Shown: piece by piece, positions 45,471-54,310 of the stretch | Numbering within the stretch: position 1 is the first letter of the stretch | Layout: each line of letters begins with the position of its first letter | NCBI GenBank assembly: GCA_016782425.1 | Contig: JADHYN010000004.1 | Span: forward strand, 9,632 to 73,631 | Length of the DNA: 64,000 bases | Reading direction: 5' to 3' | From: Candidatus Omnitrophota bacterium | GTDB lineage: Bacteria; Omnitrophota; Gorgyraeia; JABMRN01; RBG-13-46-9 | Notes under the pieces: model-generated | Told to the model about the DNA's origin: nothing | Database searches by the model: none | The model's input: the letters and a program-made list of their open reading frames with translations, nothing else | Made by a program: the position numbers and the translations under genes

Positions 45471-46436
45471 TCAACGCTTCAGCGCCGGTTTTTCCGTTAC
45501 GCGGAGCATCCTCTCCAGCGTCTGGCGGGCCCTTTCGCGTATCTGGGGCGAAACCTTAACCTCGTAAACCAAACTCTCAAGCGAATGAACCACCCAGCCA
45601 AGTGTTGTAAGTTTCATGTTCGCGCACACAAGACGCGGGGTTGGTAAACAAAATTTCTTATCGGGATTTTCCTTTTTCAACTTGTAAAGCATCCCTCCTT
45701 CGGTGCCGATAATAAATTCTTTTGCCTTCGAAGCCCTGGCGTATTTAAACATACCAGCGGTGGAACAGATGTGGTCGGCCAGCTTCAGAACTTCAGGTCT
45801 GCATTCCGGATGCGCGATAAATTCGCTGCCGGGGAAATTTTTCTTTGCCTTTACAACATCCTCTTCCGTAAGGCGTAAATGCGTCGGGCAGTATCCTTCC
45901 CACAGAATGATATCCTTCTCTGGCACCTGGCTTTGAACGTATCTACCGAGGTTTTTGTCAGGGACAAATATGATGCGTTTATTCTTTATGGATTTGACGA
46001 CCTCTATCGCATTCGAGGAAGTGCAACTTATATCGCTCTCGGCCTTTATTTCGGCACTTGAGTTGACGTAGCACACTACCGCAGCGCGTGGGAACTCTTT
46101 TTTCTTCTGGCGAAGCGATGGCACCGTAATCATGTCAGCCAGGGGACAACCCGCTTCCTTCACGGGTAAAAGCACTTTCTTGTCAGGGTTCAGGATAGAG
46201 GCGCTTTCTGCCATGAAATGTACGCCGCAGAATACGAGAATCTCCGCCTTAGTATCGATCGCTGCCCGCGCCAGTGCCAGGGAATCACCCGAAAAATCCG
46301 CTATTTCCTGTATCTCGTCGCGCTGGTAGTTGTGCACGATAATAGCGGCGTTTCTCTCTTTTTTAAGCTTCGTTATTTTTCTCTTAAGCTCTTCCTTATA
46401 CAGGATATCATCTTTTTTGTGATTTTTCGCACTCAT
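45471..46436 (-). CDS. nadA: quinolinate synthase
   Basis: Three-domain NadA pattern with conserved Cys residues (VHNYQRDEIQEIADFSGDS..). Confidence 0.9.
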   Translation of the reverse strand: MSAKNHKKDDILYKEELKRKITKLKKERNAAIIVHNYQRDEIQEIADFSGDSLALARAAIDTKAEILVFCGVHFMAESASILNPDKKVLLPVKEAGCPLADMITVPSLRQKKKEFPRAAVVCYVNSSAEIKAESDISCTSSNAIEVVKSIKNKRIIFVPDKNLGRYVQSQVPEKDIILWEGYCPTHLRLTEEDVVKAKKNFPGSEFIAHPECRPEVLKLADHICSTAGMFKYARASKAKEFIIGTEGGMLYKLKKENPDKKFCLPTPRLVCANMKLTTLGWVVHSLESLVYEVKVSPQIRERARQTLERMLRVTEKPALKR

Positions 46437-47298
46437 ACGCTTTTTCGGTCTCCTTTACGTTTAAAATGGCATTATCAATCAATCTTGTCTTGCCTATAAA
46501 TGCGGCCAATGCAATCAAAACCTCATCCCGAAGGGTGTCAACTTCTTTTAACGACTTTGTATCGACTATTGAAATATAGTCAATACGTGCCGACTGCGAT
46601 TCCAGTATTAAATTACGCATCCTTTTTATTATTTTTTTTGGATTTCGTTCACCGCAATTTATCAATTCCTCGGCCATTTTAAGGGCCTTGCATAAAAGAG
46701 TCGCATCTTTTCTTTCGTCTTTTGTGAGATAAACATTTCTGGAGCTCATCGCAAGCCCGTCTTCTTCTCTTGCGATGGGCATGATTTTCATGGTTATATC
46801 CATGTTTAAATCCTCAACCATTTTCTTAATCACAAACACCTGTTGCGCATCCTTCTGGCCGAAATAGGCAATGTCCGGCTTGATAATTTCGAATAATTTC
46901 ATCACCACAGTTGTAACACCCCTGAAGTGGCTGGGTCTTGACTTGCCACAGAGATTCCCCGTCAGGCCTTCCACGTTCACGTAAGTGGAAAAACCGTCGG
47001 GATACATATCTTTTTTTCTTGGATAAAATATAACATCGACACCGCAGGTCTTGGCGAGTTCCTCGTCCCGCTTTGTGTCATGTGGATATTTTTTAAAATC
47101 CTCCTTGGGGCCGAATTGGATAGGATTGACGAATATACTTGTAATAACGATGTCAGATTGCTTCCGTGCGGTTTTGATAAGACCCAGGTGCCCCTCGTGA
47201 AAATAGCCCATCGTGGGAACAAACCCGATGAGTTTGTTTTCTTTCCGCATAATTCTTGCGTAGGTCTTCATCTTGTTTATTTCGCGGATTATCTTCAT
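46408..47298 (-). CDS. panC: pantoate-beta-alanine ligase
   Basis: GFVPTMGYFHEGHLGLI and downstream ATP-binding motifs. Confidence 0.9.
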   Translation of the reverse strand: MKIIREINKMKTYARIMRKENKLIGFVPTMGYFHEGHLGLIKTARKQSDIVITSIFVNPIQFGPKEDFKKYPHDTKRDEELAKTCGVDVIFYPRKKDMYPDGFSTYVNVEGLTGNLCGKSRPSHFRGVTTVVMKLFEIIKPDIAYFGQKDAQQVFVIKKMVEDLNMDITMKIMPIAREEDGLAMSSRNVYLTKDERKDATLLCKALKMAEELINCGERNPKKIIKRMRNLILESQSARIDYISIVDTKSLKEVDTLRDEVLIALAAFIGKTRLIDNAILNVKETEKAYECEKSQKR

Positions 47299-47723
47299 AA
47301 CATTCTCGCCTGGCGCAATTCCCGCAATCCCTTCAAGACGAATTCACGCTTGTGCATCCTGGGATGCGGGATTGTTAGTTTTTTATCGTCTATTTTCTTG
47401 CTGCCAAAAAGTAGTATGTCCAGATCTATCGTGCGGGGGGCGTTTTTTATTCTTTTTTTTCTGCCGAGATGTTTTTCAATCTTCTGAAATTCGCAAAGAA
47501 GCTCCAAAGGGTTAAGTGTTGTTTCTATTTTAAAGACGCCATTTAGGAATTTCCCCTGCTTTGGGCCTCCCGCAGGATCTGTCTCGTAAATCGAGGATAT
47601 ATTTTTCAGCCTTACTCCTTTTACGAGCTCTACAAGCCTTATCGCTTTTTCAATGTTGGATTTTCTGTCTCCCAGGTTCGAACCTATGCCGACATAAGCG
47701 GTGGTGCTTCGTCTTTTAGGCAT
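47295..47723 (-). CDS. folK: 2-amino-4-hydroxy-6-hydroxymethyldihydropteridine diphosphokinase
   Basis: AYVGIGSNLGDR ... RTIDLDILLFG ... LTIPHPRMHKREFVL. Confidence 0.9.
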   Translation of the reverse strand: MPKRRSTTAYVGIGSNLGDRKSNIEKAIRLVELVKGVRLKNISSIYETDPAGGPKQGKFLNGVFKIETTLNPLELLCEFQKIEKHLGRKKRIKNAPRTIDLDILLFGSKKIDDKKLTIPHPRMHKREFVLKGLRELRQARML

Positions 47724-47727
47724 TGCA

Positions 47728-48897
47728 CTAAATAATCTTCTTAATCCTATCGATTGCTTTCTTTAATCGCGACTCGCTGACCGTGAGTGCCATCCTCACG
47801 TAGCCTTCCCCGCCTTGGCCAAAGCCGTTGCCGGGTGTAACTACTACATCTGCTCTTTCCAGAAGTTCCTTCGCAAGACTGGCTGAGGTATATCGCTTTA
47901 GAATTGGAGCCCACACGTAAAATGTCGCATTAGGTCTAGGAACATCCCAACCGATCTTATTTAATCCATCGACGAAAATATTCCTTCGCTTCTGGTAAAG
48001 ACTTTTTATGTTTTTCGTAACCTTGTCCACTCTCTTCAGCGCTTCGACTCCCGCCATCTGAATAGCATTAAAAGCACCGGAATCTATATTGGCCTTTACC
48101 TTTGTAAGGGCTGTTATAATCGCTGGGTTTCCAACGGCAAAACCGAGCCGCCACCCCGTCATGTTAAACATTTTCGAAAACGAATGGAATTCCACGCCGA
48201 TTTCTTTCGCTCCGGGGGTTCCGAGAAAGCTCGGTATTTTCAACCCGTCGAACGAAAGCTCGCTGTAAGCAGCATCGTGGCAGACGATGATGTTGTGCTT
48301 TGTCGCAAACTTCACGACGTCCTTGAAAAACGATTTATCACATACCGCTGCGGTCGGGTTGTTCGGGTAATTGAGAAACATGATCTTTGCCTTATGCAAT
48401 ACGCCGGGTTTCACATGGCGTAGATCCGGTAGGAATCTATTTTCCCTAAGAAGCGGAAGTTTGTGAGGCTCGCCCCCTGCAAAAATCACTCCCGAATTAT
48501 ACGGGGGATAACACGGATCCGGCACAAGAGCGGTGTCTCCCTGATTAATAAACGCAAGTGGAATGTGCGCAATCCCCTCCTTCGAACCTATGAGAGGCAG
48601 GATTTCCCTGTCAGGATCAAGATCCACGTTAAAACGGAATTTATACCATCTCGCTATCGCTATTCTAAGTTCCGGAAACCCCCTATCAAGCGCATACTTG
48701 TGGGTCTGGGGTTTCAGGCTTGCTCTGTGAAGCGCATCGATTATGAATCTTGGTGTCGGTTGGTCCGGATCGCCCACGCCTAAGTCTATTATGTCTCTAC
48801 CTTCTTGTTGTGCCTTTTTCCTAGCCGTATCTATCTCTACAAAAAGATATGGCGACAATTTCTTTAACCTAGTTGATAGATCGATATTAAACCCCAT
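47728..48897 (-). CDS. dapL: LL-diaminopimelate aminotransferase-type class I aminotransferase
   Basis: PYLFVEIDTARKKAQQEGRDIIDLGVGDPDQPTP N-terminus and the SFSKMFNMTGWRLG PLP-lysine motif. Sits between dapB and folK. Confidence 0.7.
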   Translation of the reverse strand: MGFNIDLSTRLKKLSPYLFVEIDTARKKAQQEGRDIIDLGVGDPDQPTPRFIIDALHRASLKPQTHKYALDRGFPELRIAIARWYKFRFNVDLDPDREILPLIGSKEGIAHIPLAFINQGDTALVPDPCYPPYNSGVIFAGGEPHKLPLLRENRFLPDLRHVKPGVLHKAKIMFLNYPNNPTAAVCDKSFFKDVVKFATKHNIIVCHDAAYSELSFDGLKIPSFLGTPGAKEIGVEFHSFSKMFNMTGWRLGFAVGNPAIITALTKVKANIDSGAFNAIQMAGVEALKRVDKVTKNIKSLYQKRRNIFVDGLNKIGWDVPRPNATFYVWAPILKRYTSASLAKELLERADVVVTPGNGFGQGGEGYVRMALTVSESRLKKAIDRIKKII

Positions 48898-48902
48898 TTT
48901 TA

Positions 48903-49607
48903 CTATCCTTTCGAACTCAATATATCTCTCATTGAGAAAAGACCTTTTTTCTTTTTTACGACAAATTTAGCAGCTTTTAATGCGCCGAGCGCAAATATGT
49001 CTCTTGTCTTGGCACTATGTGAAATCTTTAACGTATCCACTTCGCTTTCAAAAGTTATGTCGTGGTCCCCTACGATCTCGCCTTTCCGTATAGATTCTGT
49101 AGGTATATCTACATCTCCTAACTTTTCTTTTGCAATTTTTGCCATGAACTTTGCTGTTCCACTCGGCTTGTCCTTTTTATGTATGTGATGCGCTTCTTTT
49201 ATGCTTGCGGTGTATTCTTTTCCAAGTATTCCGGCAGCCTTTTCTATAAGGCCAAAAAGAACGTTGACACCAACTGACATATTCGGCGAAAACACAATTG
49301 GTATGGTCTTCGATGCCTCGCGGATAACCTTGACGTCTTTGTCGGATAAACCGGTAGTACCGACTACCATGGCCTTCTTGAGCTTTGCGGCCATCTTAAC
49401 GTGCTCAATGGTTGCAGCCGGAGTCGTAAACTCAACAATGCAGTTGTAATCGTTCTTGATGAGGTTTAAATCGCTTACGATGTTCTCTTCGGGGTTCGCT
49501 TTGAGTTCAACACCCGCTACGACTTCCAAATCAGAATCTTTTTCGGCAAGACTCGTGATCCTTTTTCCCATCCGACCTTGCGCACCGCTAACTACTATCT
49601 TTACCAT
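48903..49607 (-). CDS. dapB: 4-hydroxy-tetrahydrodipicolinate reductase
   Basis: KIVVSGAQGRMGK N-terminus and the EAHHIHKKDKPSGTA motif. Confidence 0.85.
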   Translation of the reverse strand: MVKIVVSGAQGRMGKRITSLAEKDSDLEVVAGVELKANPEENIVSDLNLIKNDYNCIVEFTTPAATIEHVKMAAKLKKAMVVGTTGLSDKDVKVIREASKTIPIVFSPNMSVGVNVLFGLIEKAAGILGKEYTASIKEAHHIHKKDKPSGTAKFMAKIAKEKLGDVDIPTESIRKGEIVGDHDITFESEVDTLKISHSAKTRDIFALGALKAAKFVVKKKKGLFSMRDILSSKG

Positions 49608-49612
49608 GGTTT

Positions 49613-50479
49613 TTATAATATCCCGTAATCCTTTAGTGCCTTTTTAAGCCTTGCTTCGTTTTCTGTTACCATTTCGCAGAGGGGCAGCCGAAACTCGCCA
49701 TTTAACCTTCCGATCAGCTTCATCGAAGTCTTTACCGGTATCGGGTTTGTTTCGATGAACATTGCCTTGCAAAGCGGCAGCAATTGATAATGGAGCTTCT
49801 CGGCCTTTTTGATATCGCCTTCCAAAAAGTTGGATACCATCTCGTGCACTTCCTTTGGAATAATATTCGCTACGACGCTTACAACGCCTTTTGCGCCTAC
49901 TGCCATCATTGGGAGCGTCAGTGAATCGTCACCGCTTAGTACCGTTATGTCCGAAAGCAAGAGAATCTGGCTTACCTGATCGAGGCTTCCCGAGGCTTCC
50001 TTTATGGCAACGATATTGTCGATCTTTGAAAGACGTGCTACCGTCTCCGGCTTCATGGATATACCTGTTCTGGACGGCACGTTGTAAACCATGATAGGGA
50101 TATCCACGCTTTTTGCAATCGCTTCATAATGCCTGTATTGCCCCTCGGGTGTTGGCTTGTTGTAATACGGCGTAATGGATAAAACGCCGTCGGCACCTGC
50201 AATTTTTGCGGCTTTTGTAAGAGAAATCGCCTCCATGGTATTGTTGGAACCCGCACCCGCAACAACGCGCACCCTTTTATTTACTACTTCAGTTGTAAAC
50301 TTCATTAGGTGCTTTTGTTCTTCGTGAGTAAGTGTTGCCGCTTCTCCGGTGCAACCGGCAGGAACTATGCCGTCGGTACCGTTTTTAATCTGAAATTCTA
50401 TTAATTCTGCGAACTTCTTCTCGTCTATTTTCCCGTTTTTAAACGGCGTAACAATTGCGACATATGAACCCTTAAACAT
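49613..50479 (-). CDS. dapA: 4-hydroxy-tetrahydrodipicolinate synthase
   Basis: GTDGIVPAGCTGEAATLT, YNVPSRTG and the active-site Lys region AIKEASG. Confidence 0.9.
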   Translation of the reverse strand: MFKGSYVAIVTPFKNGKIDEKKFAELIEFQIKNGTDGIVPAGCTGEAATLTHEEQKHLMKFTTEVVNKRVRVVAGAGSNNTMEAISLTKAAKIAGADGVLSITPYYNKPTPEGQYRHYEAIAKSVDIPIMVYNVPSRTGISMKPETVARLSKIDNIVAIKEASGSLDQVSQILLLSDITVLSGDDSLTLPMMAVGAKGVVSVVANIIPKEVHEMVSNFLEGDIKKAEKLHYQLLPLCKAMFIETNPIPVKTSMKLIGRLNGEFRLPLCEMVTENEARLKKALKDYGIL

Positions 50480-50890
50480 AATTTATCCCCCCTTCAATGA
50501 GCACGCAACTTATGGAACGAAATGAACATAAGTTGCTGTGCGAATTGAATCCTTGACATTTTGTTCCGAAACAGAATTTATTATTTTTTCAATAGTCTTC
50601 TTTCTTGTATTTCCATTTTTAAATTGTCTTTCCCGCATAAAAGCCTGTGCCCGCGAATTGAACTTTTCATAATAGATTAATTCGATAGGTCGTCTATGCT
50701 TCGTATACTTAACATGTCCACTTGAATGTTCGGCGAACCGTTCTTTTAAGCGATACGTATGGCCGTAATACTTTGTGCCATCGTTACATTTCAAGATATA
50801 AAAATAATAAGTTGTTTTCATAAGCAAAATGTCAAGGATCAAATTTGCGCTTATGATTTATGTCGCATAAATGCGGCTTAAATCATGCGC
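50480..50890 (-). mobile_element. three-hairpin intergenic element, copy E4, carrying a GIY-YIG ORF inside central hairpin B1 (candidate autonomous copy)
   Basis: Hairpin A 50502-50540, hairpin B arms 50541-50559 / 50829-50849 enclosing the ORF, hairpin C 50847-50890 (overlaps the last codons of dapF). 50491-50559 differs from 60834-60902 at 2 of 69 positions. Confidence 0.7.
50510..50821 (-). CDS. small stand-alone GIY-YIG nuclease-domain protein (YhbQ/UPF0213-like)
   Basis: MKTTYYFYILKCNDGTKYYGHTYRLKERFAEHSSG..ELIYYEKFNSRAQAFMRERQFKN carries the GIY/YIG, Arg and Glu/Asn motifs. Start set at ATG 50821; the track begins at an upstream TTG. Confidence 0.8.
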   Translation of the reverse strand: MKTTYYFYILKCNDGTKYYGHTYRLKERFAEHSSGHVKYTKHRRPIELIYYEKFNSRAQAFMRERQFKNGNTRKKTIEKIINSVSEQNVKDSIRTATYVHFVP

Positions 50891-51701
50891 TCATTTGACC
50901 TTCGAAAACGATGTGGGCTTTGCCTTCGAAATAAACATCGTGAAAGTGATTGCGTTCTTTCTTGAAGTAAACATTCAAAATTTCCTTGCTTTTTGTAACA
51001 ACCTTGACGGGCTCTCTTGTGCCGTTTACCAGGTGCGAAATAATGGCCGATGCGACCACGCCCGTGCCGCAGGCTAACGTCTCGTCTTCGACGCCCCTTT
51101 CATAGGTCCTTACCAGAATCGTCGAATTGTCGTTGGAAGGTTCCACGAAATCGGCATTTGTGCCTTCCGGTTCGAACAGCTTATGATATCTTATTTTCGA
51201 ACCCATTTTCTTTACGGGATAATTTTCGATGTCCTTGACAAAGTGTACGGCGTGTGGAACTCCTGTATCGAGTGTATGGACGTTCATAATTGTTTTTCCG
51301 GCTCCGATATTCTGGTCGAGCTTGACATTTTGTGGAGGCGTCATCTTTATCCTTATCAAACCTTTTTTTACTTCTGCTTCCAATGTGCCGGCTTTTGTTT
51401 CTATTTTCATCGAAGCCTTGCACCACTTTTTCTCGTATGCGTAAAGGGCGCTACACCTGATGCCGTTTCCGCACATGGTTACCTCCGAACCGTCGGGATT
51501 AAAAATCCTCATCTTGAAATCGGCGGATTCCGAGTTTTCCAGAACAAGAAACCCGTCGGCACCGATAGAATATTTCCTTCTGCAGGAACGCCTCGCAAAA
51601 TCCGAAAAGTCGCCTATTTTGCTAGCGAGTTTCTTTTCCCTGTTGTCAAGAATCAGAAAATCGTTTCCGCTTGCTACAGTCTTTACGAAATCTACATTCA
51701 T
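50883..51701 (-). CDS. dapF: diaminopimelate epimerase
   Basis: ASGNDFLILD, the two catalytic Cys regions (MCGNGIRC, LACGTG). Confidence 0.9.
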   Translation of the reverse strand: MNVDFVKTVASGNDFLILDNREKKLASKIGDFSDFARRSCRRKYSIGADGFLVLENSESADFKMRIFNPDGSEVTMCGNGIRCSALYAYEKKWCKASMKIETKAGTLEAEVKKGLIRIKMTPPQNVKLDQNIGAGKTIMNVHTLDTGVPHAVHFVKDIENYPVKKMGSKIRYHKLFEPEGTNADFVEPSNDNSTILVRTYERGVEDETLACGTGVVASAIISHLVNGTREPVKVVTKSKEILNVYFKKERNHFHDVYFEGKAHIVFEGQMSA

Positions 51702-52942
51702 GCCCTGACAGACTCTCCCCTTACGAGATCCTTATACGCCTCCCGCTTCCTTACGACAGCAAACCTCGTCCCGTCAACAAGGACCTCTGCGGCACGCGGC
51801 CGCGAGTTATAGTTGCTGGACATAGCAAAACTATAAGCGCCGGCGCCCATTACGGCAAAGAGATCCCCCTTCTTTAAAACAGGCAGGACTCTATCCTTAC
51901 CCAGAAAATCGCTACTTTCGCATATAGGCCCGACTATGTCAAATTTGGCCTTTTTGAGGCTCCCGGCCGGTTTTGTAACCGGGAGTATGGTATGATATGC
52001 CCTATAGAGGCTCGGCCTTATGAGGTCATTCATACCGCTATCCACTATGATAAAATTTTTCCTGCCGTTTTTTTTTCTATACAAAACTTTAGTCACCATT
52101 ATCCCGCTGTTGCCAGAAATAAACCTGCCCGGTTCAAAGATAAGCTTTAATTTTGATCTTTTGATTATTGGCGCTATTTTCCTGGCGAAGCTTGCCGCTG
52201 TCTGCGGTTTCTCAAATGAATACACGATGCCAAGTCCGCCTCCGACATTGAGGTATTCGATGGAAATCTTGTTTTCATCCACAAACCCCAACACCTTCTT
52301 TATAGCGTGCCGGAAGGGCCGCGCGCTCAAAATCTGTGATCCGATATGTATGTGCACACCTTTTATATTCGCATTTCTGTACTTCCAGCTTGAACGAAAA
52401 ATATTCTTAGCGGTCTTAAAGTCGACTCCGAACTTGGTCTGGCCCATGCCGGTTGTTATATAGGCATGCGTCGAAACATCGACATCAGGATTTATCCTGA
52501 TTGCCACGTTTACCGTTTTTTTCATTCCCCTGGCGCATTGATTTACAAGCTCGAGTTCTTCCTGGGATTCAATGTTGAAAAAGAGTATCCCATAGCGGAT
52601 CGCATCCATGATTTCATCTCTTTTTTTGCCGACGCCGGCATAAACTATTCTCTCGGGCGGTGTTTTAACAAGCTTTGCGCGGTAAAGCTCTCCTCCGGAG
52701 ACAATATCGAGCCCCGCACCTGCCTTAACAAGGGTCTTAAGAACAGATAAATTGGAATTGCTCTTTACGGAAAAGCATATAAGCGGAGAAAGTCCTTTGA
52801 GTGCCTTCTCTATCTTTCGATAGTGATCAAGAAGCGTATTCCTGCTGTAGATATAAAGAGGGGTTCCTACCTCTTTTGCAATCCTTGCAACTCTTACGTT
52901 CTCGCAATAAAGCGAGCGTCCTTTGTATTTAAAACGATGCAT
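51698..52942 (-). CDS. lysA: diaminopimelate decarboxylase
   Basis: Fold-III PLP decarboxylase: FSVKSN, HIHIGSQ, GGGLG, CESSD. Confidence 0.9.
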   Translation of the reverse strand: MHRFKYKGRSLYCENVRVARIAKEVGTPLYIYSRNTLLDHYRKIEKALKGLSPLICFSVKSNSNLSVLKTLVKAGAGLDIVSGGELYRAKLVKTPPERIVYAGVGKKRDEIMDAIRYGILFFNIESQEELELVNQCARGMKKTVNVAIRINPDVDVSTHAYITTGMGQTKFGVDFKTAKNIFRSSWKYRNANIKGVHIHIGSQILSARPFRHAIKKVLGFVDENKISIEYLNVGGGLGIVYSFEKPQTAASFARKIAPIIKRSKLKLIFEPGRFISGNSGIMVTKVLYRKKNGRKNFIIVDSGMNDLIRPSLYRAYHTILPVTKPAGSLKKAKFDIVGPICESSDFLGKDRVLPVLKKGDLFAVMGAGAYSFAMSSNYNSRPRAAEVLVDGTRFAVVRKREAYKDLVRGESVRA

Positions 52943-52947
52943 GGCTT

Positions 52948-54273
52948 TTACCTTTTTATCGAAATCCTCGATTTTACGGACACAAGCGGGTCGAGAAGTC
53001 TGGCTATTTCACTGTGTTTGAACTTATTTGAAAATTTCGCCAGTTCCGTGTCTTTCATGCCTTTTATTTTCCTACCTTTATCGAGTGAAAACTTTACAAG
53101 TTTCCCAATGATATCGTGCGCTCTCTTAAACGGGACTCCTTTTTTAATAAGATAATAAACGAGATCCGTTGCGTACAGCGCCTCATCCTCTTCTATTCTT
53201 TTTTTGATAACGCGCCTGTTCCACGCCAGCCTTTCTACGAGCTTCGCCAGAATCTGCAATTCTTGCGCAATTATCTCAAAGGAACTAAAAAGCGGAGGCT
53301 TGTCAAGCTGCATATCCCTGTTGTAACCGAGGGAGAGCCCTTTCATCATCGTCAAGACGCTTATCAAGTTACCGTTTAATGTCCCCGTGTAGCCCCTTAT
53401 AAGCTCCAGCACGTCCGGATTCTTCTTCTGCGGCATAAGGGAACTTCCGGTCGCAAAAGCATCGTCTAGTTCGACAAAGTTAAATTCCTTCGTCGACCAT
53501 ATAATGAGATCCTCGGCCAATCTCGAAAGATGCATCCCGAGAATCGATAGCATCGATAATATCTCAATGACAAAATCCCTGTCGCTAACCGTATCTATCG
53601 GATTTGTCGTCGGTTCTATTTTTATGCCCTTTGCCTCTTTTTTGTAAAGCTTTGCGTCGATTGGGGTTCCTGCCAGCGCTCCCGCGCCCAGCGTCAACTT
53701 CATACTGTTTTTTATATTCTCTAATCTCTTATTATCCCTTTCCAGCATCTCGATGAAACTACCAAGATAATCCGAAAGATACACAAGCTGCGCGTGCTGC
53801 AGGTGCGTGTAGCCGGGAATTATAATTCCCTTTGCCTTTTTGCATACAGTCTTTAAGGATTCCATAAGCGCAAGGGAGAGCCCCTGTATGTTATTCAACT
53901 CGGCGGCGCAGAAAAGTTTCAAATCGAAAAGTACCTGGTCGTTTCTTGATCGTGCCGTATGCAGTTTTAGCGCAAGACTTCCGAGTTCTTTTTCTATGGC
54001 ATTTTGAATATTCGTGTGGATATCCTCTGCCTTCCTGTCGATTGCGAATTTTTTCTTTTCGATCCGGTTGTATATCTTTTTAAGGGCGCTTCCGAGTTTT
54101 TCCGCTTCCTTGTTAGTAATGAGCGAACTCTTTTTCAATATCAAAACGTGCATTATGGATCCCAGGACATCGTATTTAGCAAGCTTATAATCGTAATCTA
54201 TGGATTTTGTAAATTCTTCGACAAGCGGATCTGTCTTTTTTTTAAATCTTCCGCCCCACATCTTCTTAGTCAT
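52948..54273 (-). CDS. argH: argininosuccinate lyase
   Basis: MWGGRFKK N-terminus and the GSSLMPQKKNPD signature. Confidence 0.95.
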   Translation of the reverse strand: MTKKMWGGRFKKKTDPLVEEFTKSIDYDYKLAKYDVLGSIMHVLILKKSSLITNKEAEKLGSALKKIYNRIEKKKFAIDRKAEDIHTNIQNAIEKELGSLALKLHTARSRNDQVLFDLKLFCAAELNNIQGLSLALMESLKTVCKKAKGIIIPGYTHLQHAQLVYLSDYLGSFIEMLERDNKRLENIKNSMKLTLGAGALAGTPIDAKLYKKEAKGIKIEPTTNPIDTVSDRDFVIEILSMLSILGMHLSRLAEDLIIWSTKEFNFVELDDAFATGSSLMPQKKNPDVLELIRGYTGTLNGNLISVLTMMKGLSLGYNRDMQLDKPPLFSSFEIIAQELQILAKLVERLAWNRRVIKKRIEEDEALYATDLVYYLIKKGVPFKRAHDIIGKLVKFSLDKGRKIKGMKDTELAKFSNKFKHSEIARLLDPLVSVKSRISIKR

Positions 54274-54310
54274 TTCTTCCTCCTGCTTATAGCTTATGGC
54301 TTAAAGCTTA
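54274..54310 (-). repeat. TAAGCNN heptad array beginning at the argG stop codon
   Basis: Minus strand reads TAAGCTT TAAGCCA TAAGCTA TAAGCAG GAGGAAGAA ATG(argH). Confidence 0.85.

Noticed and set aside
50480-50890. Group I intron carrying a GIY-YIG homing endonuclease.
   Set aside because: The element is intergenic and does not interrupt any gene. I see no P3-P7 core or G-binding pairing, and the protein is a ~100-aa YhbQ-type domain without the DNA-binding extension of intron GIY-YIG endonucleases.
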